From: Vitrella brassicaformis CCMP3155
Taxonomy: Eukaryota; Protista; Chromerida
Length of the DNA: 64,000 nucleotides
Direction: 5' to 3'
NCBI GenBank assembly: GCA_001179505.1
Contig: CDMY01000458.1
Location: forward strand, 1-64,000
The notes beneath the pieces were generated by a model. That model made no database searches. It saw nothing but the letters and a program-made list of their open reading frames with translations, and was not told the origin of the DNA. Position 1 is the first letter of the stretch; the number at the start of each line of letters is the position of its first letter. The position numbers and the translations under genes were made by a program. This document shows, one piece after another, positions 11,272 through 21,930 of this stretch.

Positions 11272-12800
11272 ATGGAAGCTTATTTGTTTTTTTTGTTGCC
11301 TCTCAGTGTTTCCAGCGCCGTCGGCTACTCGGTTGGAGAGGAGGACCTCTGGCCCCGCTGGTACGATTATCAGTTGCTGTTTCGGGACTCGCAAGATCCA
11401 AGTGCTTGCAGCTGTCCTGGCGCCGGAGGTAACCGGCCGTGCCTGATGGCCTCTCCTACTGCTGTCATATCCCTGACTGTCTCTGTCCGGGTTGTAGGGT
11501 CGTGTTATGGCGAGTGTGGGCGCAAATTCGACGCTGCGGAAGTAGCCACCGTAGAGGCTTTCCAGTACGGCCGCTTTGAGGCCTGTTTCTTCCCGAATGT
11601 CAGAGACAACGGCACACTTGCAACTTTCTTCCTCTACAAGAACGATAGTGACAAGGTGTCCGGGGCGACGTGGCAAGAGATTGACTTTGAGATACATGGC
11701 AGGGGGGGGCACACCCATGCACCGATACAGGTAGGAAAGAGACTCATATCGTGACAACTGGGTTGCTTTCACCTATTTGCCGCCAGACAAACATGATAAC
11801 GGGCAGCATGGGCAGGCGCCGGAATCCAGAAATGTTTCACGCGGCACCGGGTTACGCGAGGGACACGGATGCACAAATCGAAGCCATCAAAAAAGGCTTC
11901 CACCACTTTGCTGTCGAGTGGACACCTGAGTACGTCGCTTGGTTTTTTGACGAGCAGCGGATCCGCCACGAAGTCAGATGCGGGCCAAAGAAGAAGAAGA
12001 AGAAGAAGGGATGCAGACCCTCATTGCCCCAGCTCAATGAGACCATGAACGTGCGGATGTCGGTGTGGCCACTCTCTCCAGCGATCCCTTGGGCCAAGGA
12101 TTGGGCAGGCATACTTGATGAGGAACACACAAAGCTCCCCATTACTGTGTACTATGACTACGTGAAGGTCTACAACTATGATTCAATTTCAAAGGGTTGG
12201 AAGAGAATTATGTTGGAAATTGGAATTTTTCTGAGGTCTTGTTCTTGTCTGTCAGGTTTTGTTCTTAAGTGGGCTGATGACTTCACATCATTCAACACCT
12301 CCAGATGGGAGAAGAGCACCCACACATGGGGTGGCAATTACGCTCACATGCGGCCGGACAAGGCAGTCATTGTTCGGGGACATGACTCAAAGTCGTCATA
12401 TCTCTCCCTTTCCATCGCGCCCGCCGGGGAAGACATCACCGTCCCAGCTCCTCAGCAGACCGGCCCCGGCTGTGTCAATTCTGAGATTGCCCACCTTTCG
12501 ACAGACGTATACACCGGCGTCTGCGACGGTACCAAGAGGGTCGTATGGCAGCAAGGTGTGCGCTACGAAGGCGGCTATGTGGCTTTTGTTCCGATTGAAG
12601 TGTTTGCGGACGACGACGCCGTTCTTCAGTGTGCTGCTACGTGCGATGAGGTTCCCGCATGCCGCGTTTTTTCGGTGCACAATGCCAATACGAGGACGTA
12701 TTGCAGTGGTTTCATCATCCCTGAACGGCAAGTCAAGGACGAGACAGCCAACGGAGGTGTGGTCTGCATGGATGAGGAGAAGGACGAGGACAGGTTGTGA
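11272..12800 (+). CDS. Secreted GH16 1,3-1,4-beta-glucanase (licheninase)-like protein, circularly permuted, with a C-terminal Cys-rich PAN/apple-like domain
   Basis: Signal peptide MEAYLFFLLPLSVSSAVG; exons 11272-11730, 11787-12195, 12256-12800. Catalytic WQEIDFEIHG (ExDxE), QYGRFEA, FHHFAVEWTPEYVAWFFD, YDYVKVYNY; the normally N-terminal block (FVLKWADDFTSFNTSRWEKS) comes after the catalytic core. Confidence 0.88.
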
Positions 12801-15329
12801 AGTAGTTCTTTGAGTGCGAAATTACTACCCCTTAATTCCATAGTTCCGAAGTTACTCATAGCTTCCCCAACTACCTGGATTGTGCCGGCAGCTGCGCAGC
12901 ACGAAGAAGCGCAACTGTTGGGTGCACGTAGGCTGGGAAGATGATGGGATGTGCTTTCTAAAGAGAGATAGTGCTGTGGGGTTGTGCTACAGGTGGGAGA
13001 AACGTCTAGTGGTAGAATGAATGTGACTGATGCAAGTTGGACAATGGACATTAACCAGACCTCCAGAGGGGCCGGCCTGGGTAGCCACTAGAGCGAAGCC
13101 TAGAGCGACCATGAACTTGAATTACGAAAGACTCGACTAGGCCTCCAACTTGAAGGCATCAAGGTCAAATCCAAAGACATGCTGACGCACGGGAGAGATG
13201 GTGACATCTCCCTGCCTTCATCAGCGCAGCGGTATATCATCGAGGCGAAATGCCCTTCAGTGTCATATTTCTTCTCGTGTTTGAGTGCCGATGTGTCGTT
13301 TCATGCCACCCTGCAGCAGATGGGGCTCCTCGCGCACGCGGGTCGACATACTGTTTCCATGTGGAGGAGGGACCCCCGAGAAATAGTCGGCGATCGGCAA
13401 GGCGAACTCCGGAGTCCGCGGCAGAGAGTTTCACCCGCGCGCTCCGGAGTCCGCGAGCTCGCTGAGGCTGACAGGAGCAAGCTGAATCAGCGCTGTGCCC
13501 CTTCCTTGTTTTGCTGCCATTCTTTCATACTTAAGTGACTCATACATGGGTGTTTGTCGTGCTCTTGACGCTACGTGTCTCTGTCGTTACGTGCTCTGTT
13601 TAATATGGCTACGCGCTCCTTCTATTGCTATGCAGCCAATAGAATCTACTACAGTGATCAGCCTGCATACATGCAGCGATGCAAGATATGAGGTTTGTGT
13701 CTTCCTACCTTGTGTACCTTGTGTCTTGTGTGGTCAGGTCTTGCGGAGCTTGGGCAGGATATTGGTTAGTATTGCCATATTCTCAAAAGCCTTTGTCACC
13801 TCGCCGACTCTTCTCCAGCAATCAACGAACTTCTGAAAGACGCCACACACAGCAATCAAGATTCTTCTGTTCCTTCTCGTGTGTTGATTGTCAGTGTGTC
13901 ATTTCAATCCACCCTGTAGCATTCCCTCACTTCATGTGCTGGGCTCCGAACAGCACCATTGTCAACTGCAGGGTGTGAAAGGCGCATGAATATGACACAT
14001 GATCCATCTCACATCAACACATCCGCTGAGTGATGCAACCTCAGTTACAGAAGGAGAAAACCCACAGACAGTGACAAAAACTCCTTTCTCCGCTTCGCCA
14101 TCCGAATGGCCCAACCCACCAATGACCGTTCGTTTGCGTATTGACGTCGGATGGATGCAGGACCGGCTGCTGTGCAGCGCGTCTTCCTCTCAGGCGTGGG
14201 AGTCCTGGCACCCTGACGAAGCTGTCATTCGTGTGTGTCATCACTCGTGCCACAGCTACATGACGTCGTAGTGCTTGCGGGCTCGGGATTCCTTGTTTGG
14301 AGCTACTCTCCCGGCCGTTTGTAAACACTGTAGCGTGCGGGCTTAGCTCACTCAGCTTCCTCATTCGCCTTCTGATGATATCCCCTCAGCTACATCTCGG
14401 GTACGTAGCCTCACAGAAACCCATTGTGGTCACTCACTACCCCTCATCATGCAAAAACACGATGGCAACTCTGCTGTTCAGGCAAGGCGATGGCCTCCGA
14501 CTTCTTGCTGTTGTGTTTCTGACCAGTGTTCGGGTGCCTGGCTCCCCCTTGCCTCGGCTCCTCTTCTCCTCTGCTCCTCCTTGTGATGCGCGTCCTCATC
14601 AACGGTGATGGTCGTGGGCCTCCCGCCTTCACCTTCCAGCATCATCGCATCGCCACCAGAACAACCACACACATGGTGAGCACCACCAATCACACTCTAT
14701 CAGGAGATTCGTACGCTCAAATCGCCCTCTGTCTGTCTGTGTGTCGTTTCAGGGCTCTTCGGAGCTGGGATTCACAGTGCCTACAAGCCTGTCTAACGCA
14801 ATGGCGTCAAGGACAGAGCGTCCAAGCGATACGGCACCAAGGGGAGGTGATCAACGGGATGGCTGGGCGACCGATATGCTACCGAGGCGAAGTAGCATCC
14901 CAGCAGCGGACGCGGCTCCAGCACCGAGACGAGTTGGTGTGAAATCGCGCGTCAGATCACCGACGACCCCGAAGGCGTGCCGCCCTTCTTCTCTTCCCGT
15001 CTTCCATCATGCTGACTGACATGGTTGGTACACCGAATCTCTATCGTGGCCACAGTCGGACTGCCTCTATCCGACTGCACGTGTGACTTGATTTGGCTGC
15101 CACTGTCATCTCCTGAGCGTGCTCACTCCCTCATGACACGTCTGTCTGCGGCAGGGTCTTTGCGGAGGATTCTCTGGGAAGAAGAGGCTGGAGAAGACCA
15201 GCGGGGAACGAAGCTCTTCCTCTTGACGCGGGCGAAGAATAAGAGCCCGGGGGCCAAGGGAGCCGAGAGACGTCTCGAGCTCGCACACACATACGCATAC
15301 GCATACACATACACATACGCATACACAAG

Positions 15330-16563
15330 CATACTTCATTCCCTCGTTGGCTGCGGTTGGCGTGCGGTTCCTAATGTATGTCGCTGTGGCCGTCGCATAA
15401 CACCAATAAGATGCGGGTAAGCCGGCAGTGAATAGCAGTGCACGCGCCATAGCACAAATCACACCAATGGCTCGCTCAGCCACTCCATTCTGGGACTGAT
15501 GATATGGCAAACTCCTCTCTTGTCGTATCTGGTTTGTCTCGCAGAACTCTTTCCACTGGCCCTTGATAAGCTCCGCCCCTCCATCTGTCCTCACTGCCTT
15601 GGGCATGCGGACTGCAGTGCAGTACTGCATGAATGCTGTAGGGGCATCCGATTTCTTCTTGAGAAAGTAAGTCTGCAGGCACCTTGATGCATCATCGACC
15701 ACCACCATCAGATACTTGTATCCTCTCTCGCTTGGCTGCTTGATCTGTGACAGTTTGACGTGACGATGAGATCACCAGGGTGTTGGTGTCGATACGCATC
15801 GATGAGATCACCAGGGTGTTGGTGTCGATACGCATCTCCTGCATACGGCAGTCGCTTCATCTTGGCCTTCAAACACACTTCACACTTGGCCTTCTCGTCG
15901 TCACTGTTGTTCTCCTTCTTTGCCGTTGGTGCGTGTCTTGTCACTTCAGGTAGTTTCTTGAGGTATCCATCATTGACGTGGGCAAATCGCTGATGCAATC
16001 GCTCTTGTGTGACGACTTCCGCGACTAATACGTCTGTTGTCATCACATCCGTCGGTTCTTCATTGTCATCGTCCACCGATGGTGTGTGCGGCTGCTCCAT
16101 GACGTCAACCACTCGCTCATCGGTCGCATTCGGGCAGTCGGACGGGTCCTTGTAGATGTTGAGGTACCAGAATCGCCCTTCACGCATCAATGGGTACATA
16201 TCTCCTCTCCTTGCCTTCAGGAACGCAGCGCCATGATCAATCTCGAGCTTGACGTTGTAATCGTCGATAAGGTGAGCAAGAGAAAGCAGGTTGAACTTGA
16301 GCTTGGGCACATACAGCACGTTGTCCACCATGACCTTCTTCTTGCCTTTGTTGATCTCTCCACAGGTAAACTTGATGCAGCCGACACCCATTGCTGGTGC
16401 GGTTGATCCATTCGCCATGATGACGTTGATGTCGTGGTCGAGTGGCTTGATTTCGTCGAAAAGCTGCTCCTCAAAACAGCATGATCGCGCTGCTCCAGTG
16501 TCCATCATCATTGCCGTAGGTGAGGTTGAACACACACCATTCACGTGCACCACCTCATCAGCC
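15330..16563 (-). pseudogene. Second copy of the copia protease-integrase segment
   Basis: Near-identical to ~17390-18577; carries a short internal duplication (YRHQHPGDLI twice); ends in a (CATA/CGCATA)n microsatellite at ~15290-15330. Confidence 0.85.
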
Positions 16564-16863
16564 NNNNNNNNNNNNNNNNNNNNNNNNNNNNNNNNNNNNN
16601 NNNNNNNNNNNNNNNNNNNNNNNNNNNNNNNNNNNNNNNNNNNNNNNNNNNNNNNNNNNNNNNNNNNNNNNNNNNNNNNNNNNNNNNNNNNNNNNNNNNN
16701 NNNNNNNNNNNNNNNNNNNNNNNNNNNNNNNNNNNNNNNNNNNNNNNNNNNNNNNNNNNNNNNNNNNNNNNNNNNNNNNNNNNNNNNNNNNNNNNNNNNN
16801 NNNNNNNNNNNNNNNNNNNNNNNNNNNNNNNNNNNNNNNNNNNNNNNNNNNNNNNNNNNNNNN
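16564..16863. other. Assembly gap (300 N)
   Basis: Exactly 300 N between the two copia segments. Confidence 0.95.
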
Positions 16864-18771
16864 ACCAGCGGGGCGTTGAGAAATGCTGTGTTGATGTCCA
16901 TCTGATGTATCTCCAGGTTGAGTTGATTCGCCAGGGCAAACGCTGATCGAACAATGTGGTAGGAGGGCGTAGGGGAAAACACCTCATCCACTTGGTTGCC
17001 GTCTTGTTCGAATCCTCTTGCGACGATGCGAGCCTTGTACTTGTCAGGCTTGTAGGTCTTCGGTATGGTTGGCTGAAATAGCTGTGGAAGTGATGGGTCA
17101 TCTCCGGTCTTGTCGTCTTCCGATGGGTGTTGTTGCTTCTCCTCTTGTCCAGGCAGTATCGCCTCGTCAAACACCACATCGCGTGACAGCACCAATTGCC
17201 GTGTGTGCGGCAGATACACCAGATAGCCGTCCTTAGTCGTTGGGTCATACCCAAGTAAGATGCCGATCTGCGTGCGAGGGTCCATTTTGCCAACCGTCTC
17301 TTTCCTCTGGTTCATGTGTGTCTTGCAGCCGAAGGTGCGGATGTGGCCGACATCGGGTGGATAGCCGATGAAGAGCTCATGTGGTGTCTTCATTCCCTCG
17401 TTGGCTGCGGTTGGCGTGCGGTTCTTAATGTACGTCGCTGTGGCTGTCGCATAACACCAATAAGATGCGGGTAAGCCGGCAGTGAATAGCAGTGCACGCG
17501 CCATAGCACAAATCACACCAATGGCTCGCTCAGCCACTCCATTCTGGGACTGATGATATGGCAAACTCTCTCTTGTCGTATCTGGTTTGTCTCGCAGAAG
17601 TCTTTCCACTGGCCCTTGATGAGCTCCGCCCCTCCATCTGTCCTCACTGCCTTGGGCATGCGGACTGCAATGCAGTACTGGATGAATGCGGCAGGGGCGT
17701 CCGATTTCTTCTTGAGGAAGTAAGTCTGCAGCCACCTTGATGCATCGTCGACCACCACCATCAGATACTTGTATCCTCTCTCGCTTGGCTGCTTGATCTG
17801 TGACAGGTCGACGTGGATGAGATCACCAGGGTGTTGGTGTCGATACGCATCTCCTGCATACGGCAGTCGCTTCATCTTGGCCTTCAAACACACTTCACAC
17901 TTGGCCTTCTCGTCGTCACTGTTGTTCTCCTTCTTTGCCGTTGGTGCGTGTCTTGTCACTTCAGGTAGTTTCTTGAGGTATCCATCATTGACGTGGGCAA
18001 ATCGCTGATGCAATCGCTCTTGTGTGACGACTTCCGCGACTAATACGTCTGTTGTCATCACATCCGTCGGTTCTTCATTGTCATCGTCCACCGATGGTGT
18101 GTGCGGCTGCTCCATGACGTCAACCACTCGCTCATCGGTCGCATTCGGGCAGTCGGACGGGTCCTTGTAGATGTTGAGGTACCAGAATCGCCCTTCACGC
18201 ATCAATGGGTACATATCTCCTCTCCTTGCCTTCAGGAACGCAGCGCCATGATCAATCTCGAGCTTGACGTTGTAATCGTCGATAAGGTGAGCAAGAGAAA
18301 GCAGGTTGAACTTGAGCTTGGGCACATACAGCACGTTGTCCACCATGACCTTCTTCTTGCCTTTGTTGATCTCTCCACAGGTAAACTTGATGCAGCCGAC
18401 ACCCATTGCTGGTGCGGTTGATCCATTCGCCATGATGACGTTGATGTCGTGGTCAAGTGGCTTGATTTCGTCGAAGAGCTGCTCCTCAAAACAGCATGAT
18501 CGCGCTGCTCCAGTGTCCATCATCATTGCCGCAGGTGAGATGAACACACACCATTCACGTGCACCACCTCATCAGCCAGTTCTTCTATCTCGACTGCTCC
18601 AATCGTAACAAAGTCCTCATTTCCTTGTTGCTGTTGTTCTTCCTCTTCGTAGACATCGAATTGGTTGGCGTATTGGCGATTGGGACGTCGGTCGTTCCGT
18701 CTATCATTGGCTCGTGCTCGAGTGTTGTTCATAATGATGTCGCCATCCTTATCTCGTCGTTCTGTAGGGCG

Positions 18772-19782
18772 TCATGTTTGCTGCTGCTGCCCTCCTCCCT
18801 GCTGCTGTCCGCCAGTGTGCCAGGTGCGCTGAGAGGATTGGGCATAAGTGGATAAGGCCGGTCGCCAGTAGTCGCCGCTCTGTCTGTTGGTGTTGCTCGG
18901 CTGGTTCCTCCATCCACTGTCATTGTTCCTGTTGGTATTGTTGTATCTGTTGTCAGGTCGTCTGTCAGTCCATCCCTTCCTCTCATCATCATACTGACTA
19001 CGCTGGTCTTGACAGTCATGTTGTCTTCCGGATGGACGGCCGTTCTGCTGATGTTGACGGTCTCGTTGCTCTCTTCGCAGCTGTGTCATGCGGTCATTCG
19101 CATTACGAAGAGCTTCTTCAAATTGCGGCCACGTCAGTGCTTCTCCACGATACGCGCGGGATGCTGACTCATGCGCCATGGTTGCCTTGAACATGTCGAA
19201 TCTCTCAGGCAATGCCGATAGCATGACGGCGATCATCGTCTCGTCTGGCACTGTTGATCCGACTTCATGAAGGCGGCTGACGAGATAGCTGAAGTCGCCA
19301 AGGGCGTCGTCAAGATCGTCCTTGATCATCTTCCAGCTGAAGAATCGCTGCAAGAGCTCGTGCTTGCATACGATACGATCAGGTATGAACCGCTTCCGCA
19401 GTTCTAGATACGCCCATGCACCATTCTCGCCGTGCTTCTGGTATGCTTCTTGAATCAGTCGCTTGGCCTTGTCTGCTGTCTGCAGGGCGAGGAAGCCGAA
19501 CAGCCATCGGAGGTTCTTGGCGTTGGAGCTCTCCTGCTCAATCAGGATTGGCTGTCCCTGCTGGTTCACCACGGGCTGATTATTGCCATCCATCTGTGGC
19601 ACCGCTATCTTCATCGGCGGGACGTCCTCATCCTTAGTAGGTAGATAGACTTTCACATCCATCTCTCTTGCTGCCAAGTAGGCTCTGAGAGTAAAGTCCC
19701 ATTCACGCCACTTGATGTCGTTCTCGCCACTCCTGCCGGTAAAGACGGGGAAGGTGGCCTTGGTCTCGAGATTGAGTGTCAT
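18772..19782 (-). CDS. gag: copia gag polyprotein
   Basis: 336-aa ORF directly upstream of the protease; typical copia gag motifs. Confidence 0.8.
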   Translation of the reverse strand: MTLNLETKATFPVFTGRSGENDIKWREWDFTLRAYLAAREMDVKVYLPTKDEDVPPMKIAVPQMDGNNQPVVNQQGQPILIEQESSNAKNLRWLFGFLALQTADKAKRLIQEAYQKHGENGAWAYLELRKRFIPDRIVCKHELLQRFFSWKMIKDDLDDALGDFSYLVSRLHEVGSTVPDETMIAVMLSALPERFDMFKATMAHESASRAYRGEALTWPQFEEALRNANDRMTQLRREQRDRQHQQNGRPSGRQHDCQDQRSQYDDERKGWTDRRPDNRYNNTNRNNDSGWRNQPSNTNRQSGDYWRPALSTYAQSSQRTWHTGGQQQGGGQQQQT

Positions 19783-19945
19783 CTCTGCTGTCTGCTTTGT
19801 TGATGTTGTTGTTGTCTTTCTTCAAGTACTGCTAGTAGTTGACTGCTGCTGATACTGCGCAAGACACTGATAGATCTGTTGGGATCTGTCATTTAGTTGC
19901 CGAAGACTTCGGCTCAGATAAGCAAGAACCAAGTTGCTGCGCCCA

Positions 19946-20432
19946 TGTGCGAAAAAGGCCGGTGAGGACCTTTCCTGTAGTAAGCTGAATAGAGGATCTG
20001 CTGGGCGGTAAGTCCCAGAGTAAGAGTGCTTTTACTTTAATAAGACCGATGGACTGGCCAGTCAGTCAAAGTTGTTTCTGTCCATGTATGGCATCATGAA
20101 GGGTGGTCAACACAGATCTCACTTCGGTGATGGCTGATAAGATCGTGTCTCCGCAGAATGCTTTCCTTGTCTTTCCTTGTCTTCTCCTCTCTCCACCCGT
20201 TACACAGCAATATACCCTAGCTCACAAGCTCGCAGTGGTTCGTCTTGCCAAGCTGGCAATCCTGACAGGACAGACCCAAAGGGACTTGGCAGCCAGGCCG
20301 CCTAGGGTGCTCCCTGAAACCGCTGCGAAGCCGCCTAGGGTGCTCCCTGAAGACGCTTAGGGTGCTTCCTGAAACCGCTGCTGGGGAAACATTCAACGGA
20401 AATCGCTGCTGCGGAAAGCATTCGACGGAACA
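19946..20432 (-). repeat. Candidate 5' LTR of the copia element
   Basis: On the minus strand starts TGTT (20432) and ends CA (19946), immediately followed by TGGGCGCAGC (possible PBS); contains tandem repeats, a TATAT and an ATTAAA. No second LTR in the window to confirm it. Confidence 0.35.
20297..20381. repeat. Three-copy tandem repeat, core TAGGGTGCT(C/T)CCTGAA, unit about 28-33 bp
   Basis: GCCGCCTAGGGTGCTCCCTGAAACCGCTGCGAA / GCCGCCTAGGGTGCTCCCTGAAGACGCT / TAGGGTGCTTCCTGAAACCGCTGC. Confidence 0.85.
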
Positions 20433-20526
20433 TGCTACTAAGGTGAGAAAGAGAAAGATCTGCACTCCGTATCCATCAGCTCAGCACCGGCTGGACGAAG
20501 AAGACAGGTCTTCCCGTCACTCCACC

Positions 20527-21270
20527 ATGGCGTGCAGCAGTGTGTTGCTGCTGCTGCCGATGAATCTTTTGGTGGTCATCAGCCCTGTCGAAGCAGCGAC
20601 GGCCGGCACACAGGTCAGTTATACAGCGGAAGAACGAATGGGCAGCGCTCCTTATGTGTGTGTACCTGTCGTGCAGTCTGCCGTGTCCTTTGTCCTCTTT
20701 CGCCGTCCCATCCCGCCCCTCATTGCGCCCTCGTCGGCCAACCGCATTGCGTATCGCCACGACCCCAAAGTGACGGTGGCGCGCTCCGTCATGGACGTCC
20801 TTCATGCCATGGTGACTCGACCTCAAGTGGACGTGTATGTGTGGTTGAACATCACTACCAACAAGAGGAAGAGGGGCACGTACGGCGTCAAATGCAGTCC
20901 CGACAAGCCTCTTGGCATCGTCCTGGATCGAGCTTGTGAGGAGGGGCTCACCTCGTCAATCCTCAAAGGTCTCGACAGCTATGCCTTCGTGTACAACGGG
21001 ACGCAGCTGGCGGTGAGCGACCCTCTGGCCGAGGTGCTGGAGAGGGCCGGCAACAACGCATCCAACGCCATCACACTCGACGTCACCACAGCACCAAGTG
21101 AGCCTACCAGCTAGGCAGCCAGCGAGGCAGCCGTGGAATGGTGCTAGGTGGCGAGAAGAGTCATGTGGAGGGATGAGTGTGTCTGTCTGTCTGTCTGCAG
21201 AACGTCCTTCTCGTGACGAGACTCTTTTGCGGATGCTGCGGCTGAGCAGCCCTTTGGGGATTCTTCTCTG
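20527..21270 (+). CDS. Hypothetical protein with a signal-peptide-like N-terminus and a possible ubiquitin/SUMO-like domain
   Basis: MACSSVLLLLPMNLLVVISPVEAA; main exon includes TYGVKCSPDKPLGIVLDRACEEGL..YAFVYNGTQLAVSDPL, resembling a beta-grasp fold; probable last exon ~21200-21270. Confidence 0.45.
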
Positions 21271-21914
21271 AGTCAGGTACCTCTCGTAAACGGGCATGGC
21301 GTGAACGGGCAGCCATGCAGACAGGCAGGCAGGCAGGCATGCACACTGATGAACACACACGGGCGAGGCGGGAGGAGATGGAGCCCATCTGTCGTGACTG
21401 AGTGACTGACTGACTGACTGACTGAACGGCTGACTGTGCCCTGTTTGTTCTGTGCTGCTCCGCTGTTTGTGTCTGTCCGGAAGAAAGCAACGTGCGAGCA
21501 GAACAGCTACTCGGACATAGGCGAAGGCCTTCTGCCACTTGATGAGTGGCTGGACGCTGATGCGCTGCTCAACAAGACAGGATTCACGCGGCTGACGAGA
21601 TTATATAACGAGAAGCGTCCGCTTGCGAGACCGTCGCCGAGACGTCACTGCGGTGGCCCATCTCTGGGTGGTCAGTCGATGGTACCGCGCCCACTGGCAA
21701 ATGAGGCGCGTGGTCGTCATGACGGCAGGAGAGAATACATCGCATATACATATCGCGATATATATCCCATGCATCCCTGTCGAGCACACCAAAGCCGCCA
21801 AGCACAGAGCAGTGTGACTCTCGTAGTTTTCATCACAATGTGGATATGCGGGACGGGGAGGGTAGTATGTAGGACATTCATTGCCCTTGTCGGTTCGGCA
21901 GCTAGCTGGGATGT

Positions 21915-21930
21915 ATATGTGCTGGTTGTG
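21915..21930 (+). repeat. Target-site duplication (left) of the non-LTR element
   Basis: ATATGTGCTGGTTGTG, identical to 24459-24474. Confidence 0.85.

Larger units (their letters stand above)
15330..19782 (-). mobile_element. Ty1/copia LTR retrotransposon, internal region degenerate and partly duplicated
   Basis: gag 18772-19782 (FPVFTGR..WREW, UBN2-like AVMLSALPERF); protease MDTGAA; HQRFAH..CEVC zinc finger; rve integrase DLIHVDL/VVDDASR/VRTDGGAE/QNGVAER; RVT_2 fragment KARIVARGFEQ..HQMDINTAFLNAPL (16864-17045). Domain order PR-IN-RT is copia-type. Frameshifts near 17570, 18540 and 18775. Confidence 0.92.

Noticed and set aside
21915-21930. Spliced-leader RNA gene as the CRE target
   Set aside because: No recognisable spliced-leader sequence or SL array around the insertion.
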